Below are positions 62,016 to 64,000 of a DNA stretch of 64,000 nt, in pieces. The DNA comes from Microbotryum violaceum (Eukaryota), in assembly GCA_001244265.2 (NCBI GenBank), contig CDLV01000013.1, positions 124,001-188,000 of the forward strand. The letters run 5' to 3'. The notes beneath the pieces are model-generated. The model did not search any database. It saw only the letters and a list, made by a program, of their open reading frames with translations, and was not told the origin of the DNA. A program made the translations under genes and the position numbers. Positions within the stretch are counted from its first letter, which is position 1, and every line of letters starts with the position of its first letter.

Positions 62016-63964
62016 TCATAGGTCGCAGAGGTCACGGGACCATGAAGCTCCGTGTCGGACCAGCTGGGAGCCCCACCTGCGTCGCGGGCAACTTCCTGGC
62101 ATCACCAGAGCCAAAAGACAGAAAAAAGAGATTTCACGTACTCGTAGAGCAAGTCCTGATCGTCCTCCTCGGCGACGGCGCATAGTTTGGGTGACAGCGA
62201 CTCGGACTTGGCCGTTGTATCGGGTGACCAAGTCGAGGATCGTGTACCATAGGGAGAAGAAGCCGACATTGTCGTGCTGTCCGATAAGGACATGGCTGGG
62301 TGAGGTCCGAGCTGGCGACGTCGTCAGCGCGATCCAGGCGTGGTGATAAGCTCTTATCAGCTGCAGCGGAACGAGCGTTCGATCGTGCGGGTCGACGAGG
62401 GCGAGGAAAGACAGATGAGCGGGTCCAAAGGCGTAAGCAAGCGATGGTGGTAAAGTCAAAGCATCCTTTATGGTGTTGCTCCAAAGATGTTGCTCCTTGT
62501 GAATAGGACGCCACGTCGAGATGAGTGACGAAGGTCAGGCTCGCAGCCGCCGGGAATGAGGCTTCAATTGAATCGATGCGGCGGAGGAGCATTATTCGGT
62601 GTAGCGCCTCTGGTACTCGAGCTGCACATCCCCTCCTCCTCAGCTTTTTGTTTTATTTTTGATATCAAGCACAAGGTTGGCTGTCTGGCTATCATCGGTC
62701 TTTGTGAGGAGATTTGTGAGACTTTTTCGGCAGCACATGGCGATTCGCTTCTGCCTCCTGTTCTCGGATCAGGCCGCGATCCACACGACTATGCACCGTG
62801 ACCTTGACACTGATACTATGTACACTGCGCTTTCTAGAGTCTTTAAAAGTTCTGTCGGCTCTATTATTTCGTTTCCGTGGTGCATTCCATGACCTGAAAA
62901 GTGTGATCGTTCCGCCGTCGCTAATTCTCCGACTGAATCCATCCGAAACCAGCGTGCCCGTGCCCCTAAAATGTAAAGCCATAATCTCGAGGTCAAGAGC
63001 AATGTCATCACTATCTATTCCGCAGGGAGGCTTGACAAGATCTGCAAGTCCATTCCTACTCGGCAATCCGTTCCCTGGGCTCCTCGGCCGCTTTCGCGTC
63101 AATGACCTTCGTGTGCGCTGCCTCCTCCTCCTTAGTGTCAGTAGCCAACACCGAAAGCCCCTCCATCGACGGGAACTTGGGAAGCGGACAATCCATCTGC
63201 ATAGCCCTCAGAGACGAAGAAGTCGCCTCCACTTGCTGCTCAACCTGCAAACCCTCAACCATCCGCCCAGCGCGTTGCCTCTCCGACCCAATCCGTTCTG
63301 ACGAGGACAAATTGGACGTCGACCTGGCCATTTCTTGTCCAATCTCATCGAGCTGGAGAACCCTTGCGTCTTCAGGCTCATCATCGAATAAGTCTGGTCC
63401 TTCGGTGTTGGTGGTATCTCCAGACGCTTCGCTCTCGTCGGGGTATTTACCATAAATGTTCGCCTTCAGAATGCGCGGTAAGGAGAACCCTGGGTATGCT
63501 ATTGAATTCAAAGACGAGGAGACTGGGATTGAGCTCTGTGTTGGTTGTTGAGCATTAGAGACAGCTCGTCGCGTCCGCACCGGCTCGGTCCTATCGAGGC
63601 TAGGCGAAGTAGGCAGTGGGATGAATCGCGGGGTCGAGGAAAGCCCAACGGTCGAAGACACACGTCGCATCACGCTCGACGGGGAAGGCGACCCGGCCAT
63701 GGCTCGCTCGGTTTCCGAAAATGAGTTTCGTCCAGAATACGATTCGGTTGGTACAGGTCGGACTACGACCGAGATGAGCTCCCACTGTCGACGCTTGCTT
63801 CGACGAGCTTCCCTTGCCCGCTCCCTTCGGAAGATCTCGAGTGTTTGGCCCGAGGACTGGCTCACATCTCCGGCGGCATGTGAGGGATCAAGACCACCTT
63901 GATACGAACGCCCAGGCTTGGGTTTGGTTGATGGTTCGGATTGCGATGGGGTGCCATACCGCAA
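62016..63964 (-). CDS. Hypothetical protein(s); exon structure unresolved, may extend beyond the window
   Basis: 302-aa ORF 63056-63964 and further minus-strand ORFs down to 62016; no recognised motif. Confidence 0.3.
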
Positions 63965-64000
63965 GGCTCGTGGGACGGCAACAACTCGGACCGATCGCGA

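Noticed and set aside
62016..62600. C-terminus of a LINE ORF2
   Set aside because: No reverse transcriptase or CCHC motif recognisable.
1..64000. tRNA, rRNA or prokaryotic-type operons and defence systems
   Set aside because: None recognisable by eye; a tRNAscan/Infernal run would be needed to exclude small ncRNAs.

Overview
Intron-rich, GC-rich fungal genomic DNA (GT..AG introns, CTGAC/CTAAC branch points). Gene content and style suggest a basidiomycete, probably Microbotryomycetes/Pucciniomycotina (inference). Conserved spliced genes in order: lactonase beta-propeller (partial), coatomer epsilon, DDT/WHIM chromatin protein, ABCC transporter, FYVE-less Fab1-like PIP kinase, SMC6, PacC/Rim101, a secreted CFEM repeat protein, ECO1, a Zn2Cys6 factor, Swc3-like, Ima1 and an AreB/ASD4-like GATA factor. 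Two accessory islands interrupt them. The first (~12.2-21.7 kb) holds two fold-back inverted duplications of gene fragments (~270 bp and ~1.4 kb), a truncated Copia element with a half-tRNA primer site, a decayed copy of the neighbouring Fab1-like gene, a frameshifted FunK1 kinase and a solo LTR. The second (~33.3-40.6 kb) holds a CACTA-type end, a MULE transposase relic and a 3.6-kb TIR element. The best leads are the hairpin island (candidate endogenous dsRNA/siRNA locus), the CFEM protein whose 35-unit repeat varies mostly silently in an alternative extensin-like frame, and an apparent 1-nt frameshift near the pacC 3' end. Gene models were assembled by eye; exon boundaries are approximate and no database searches were run.
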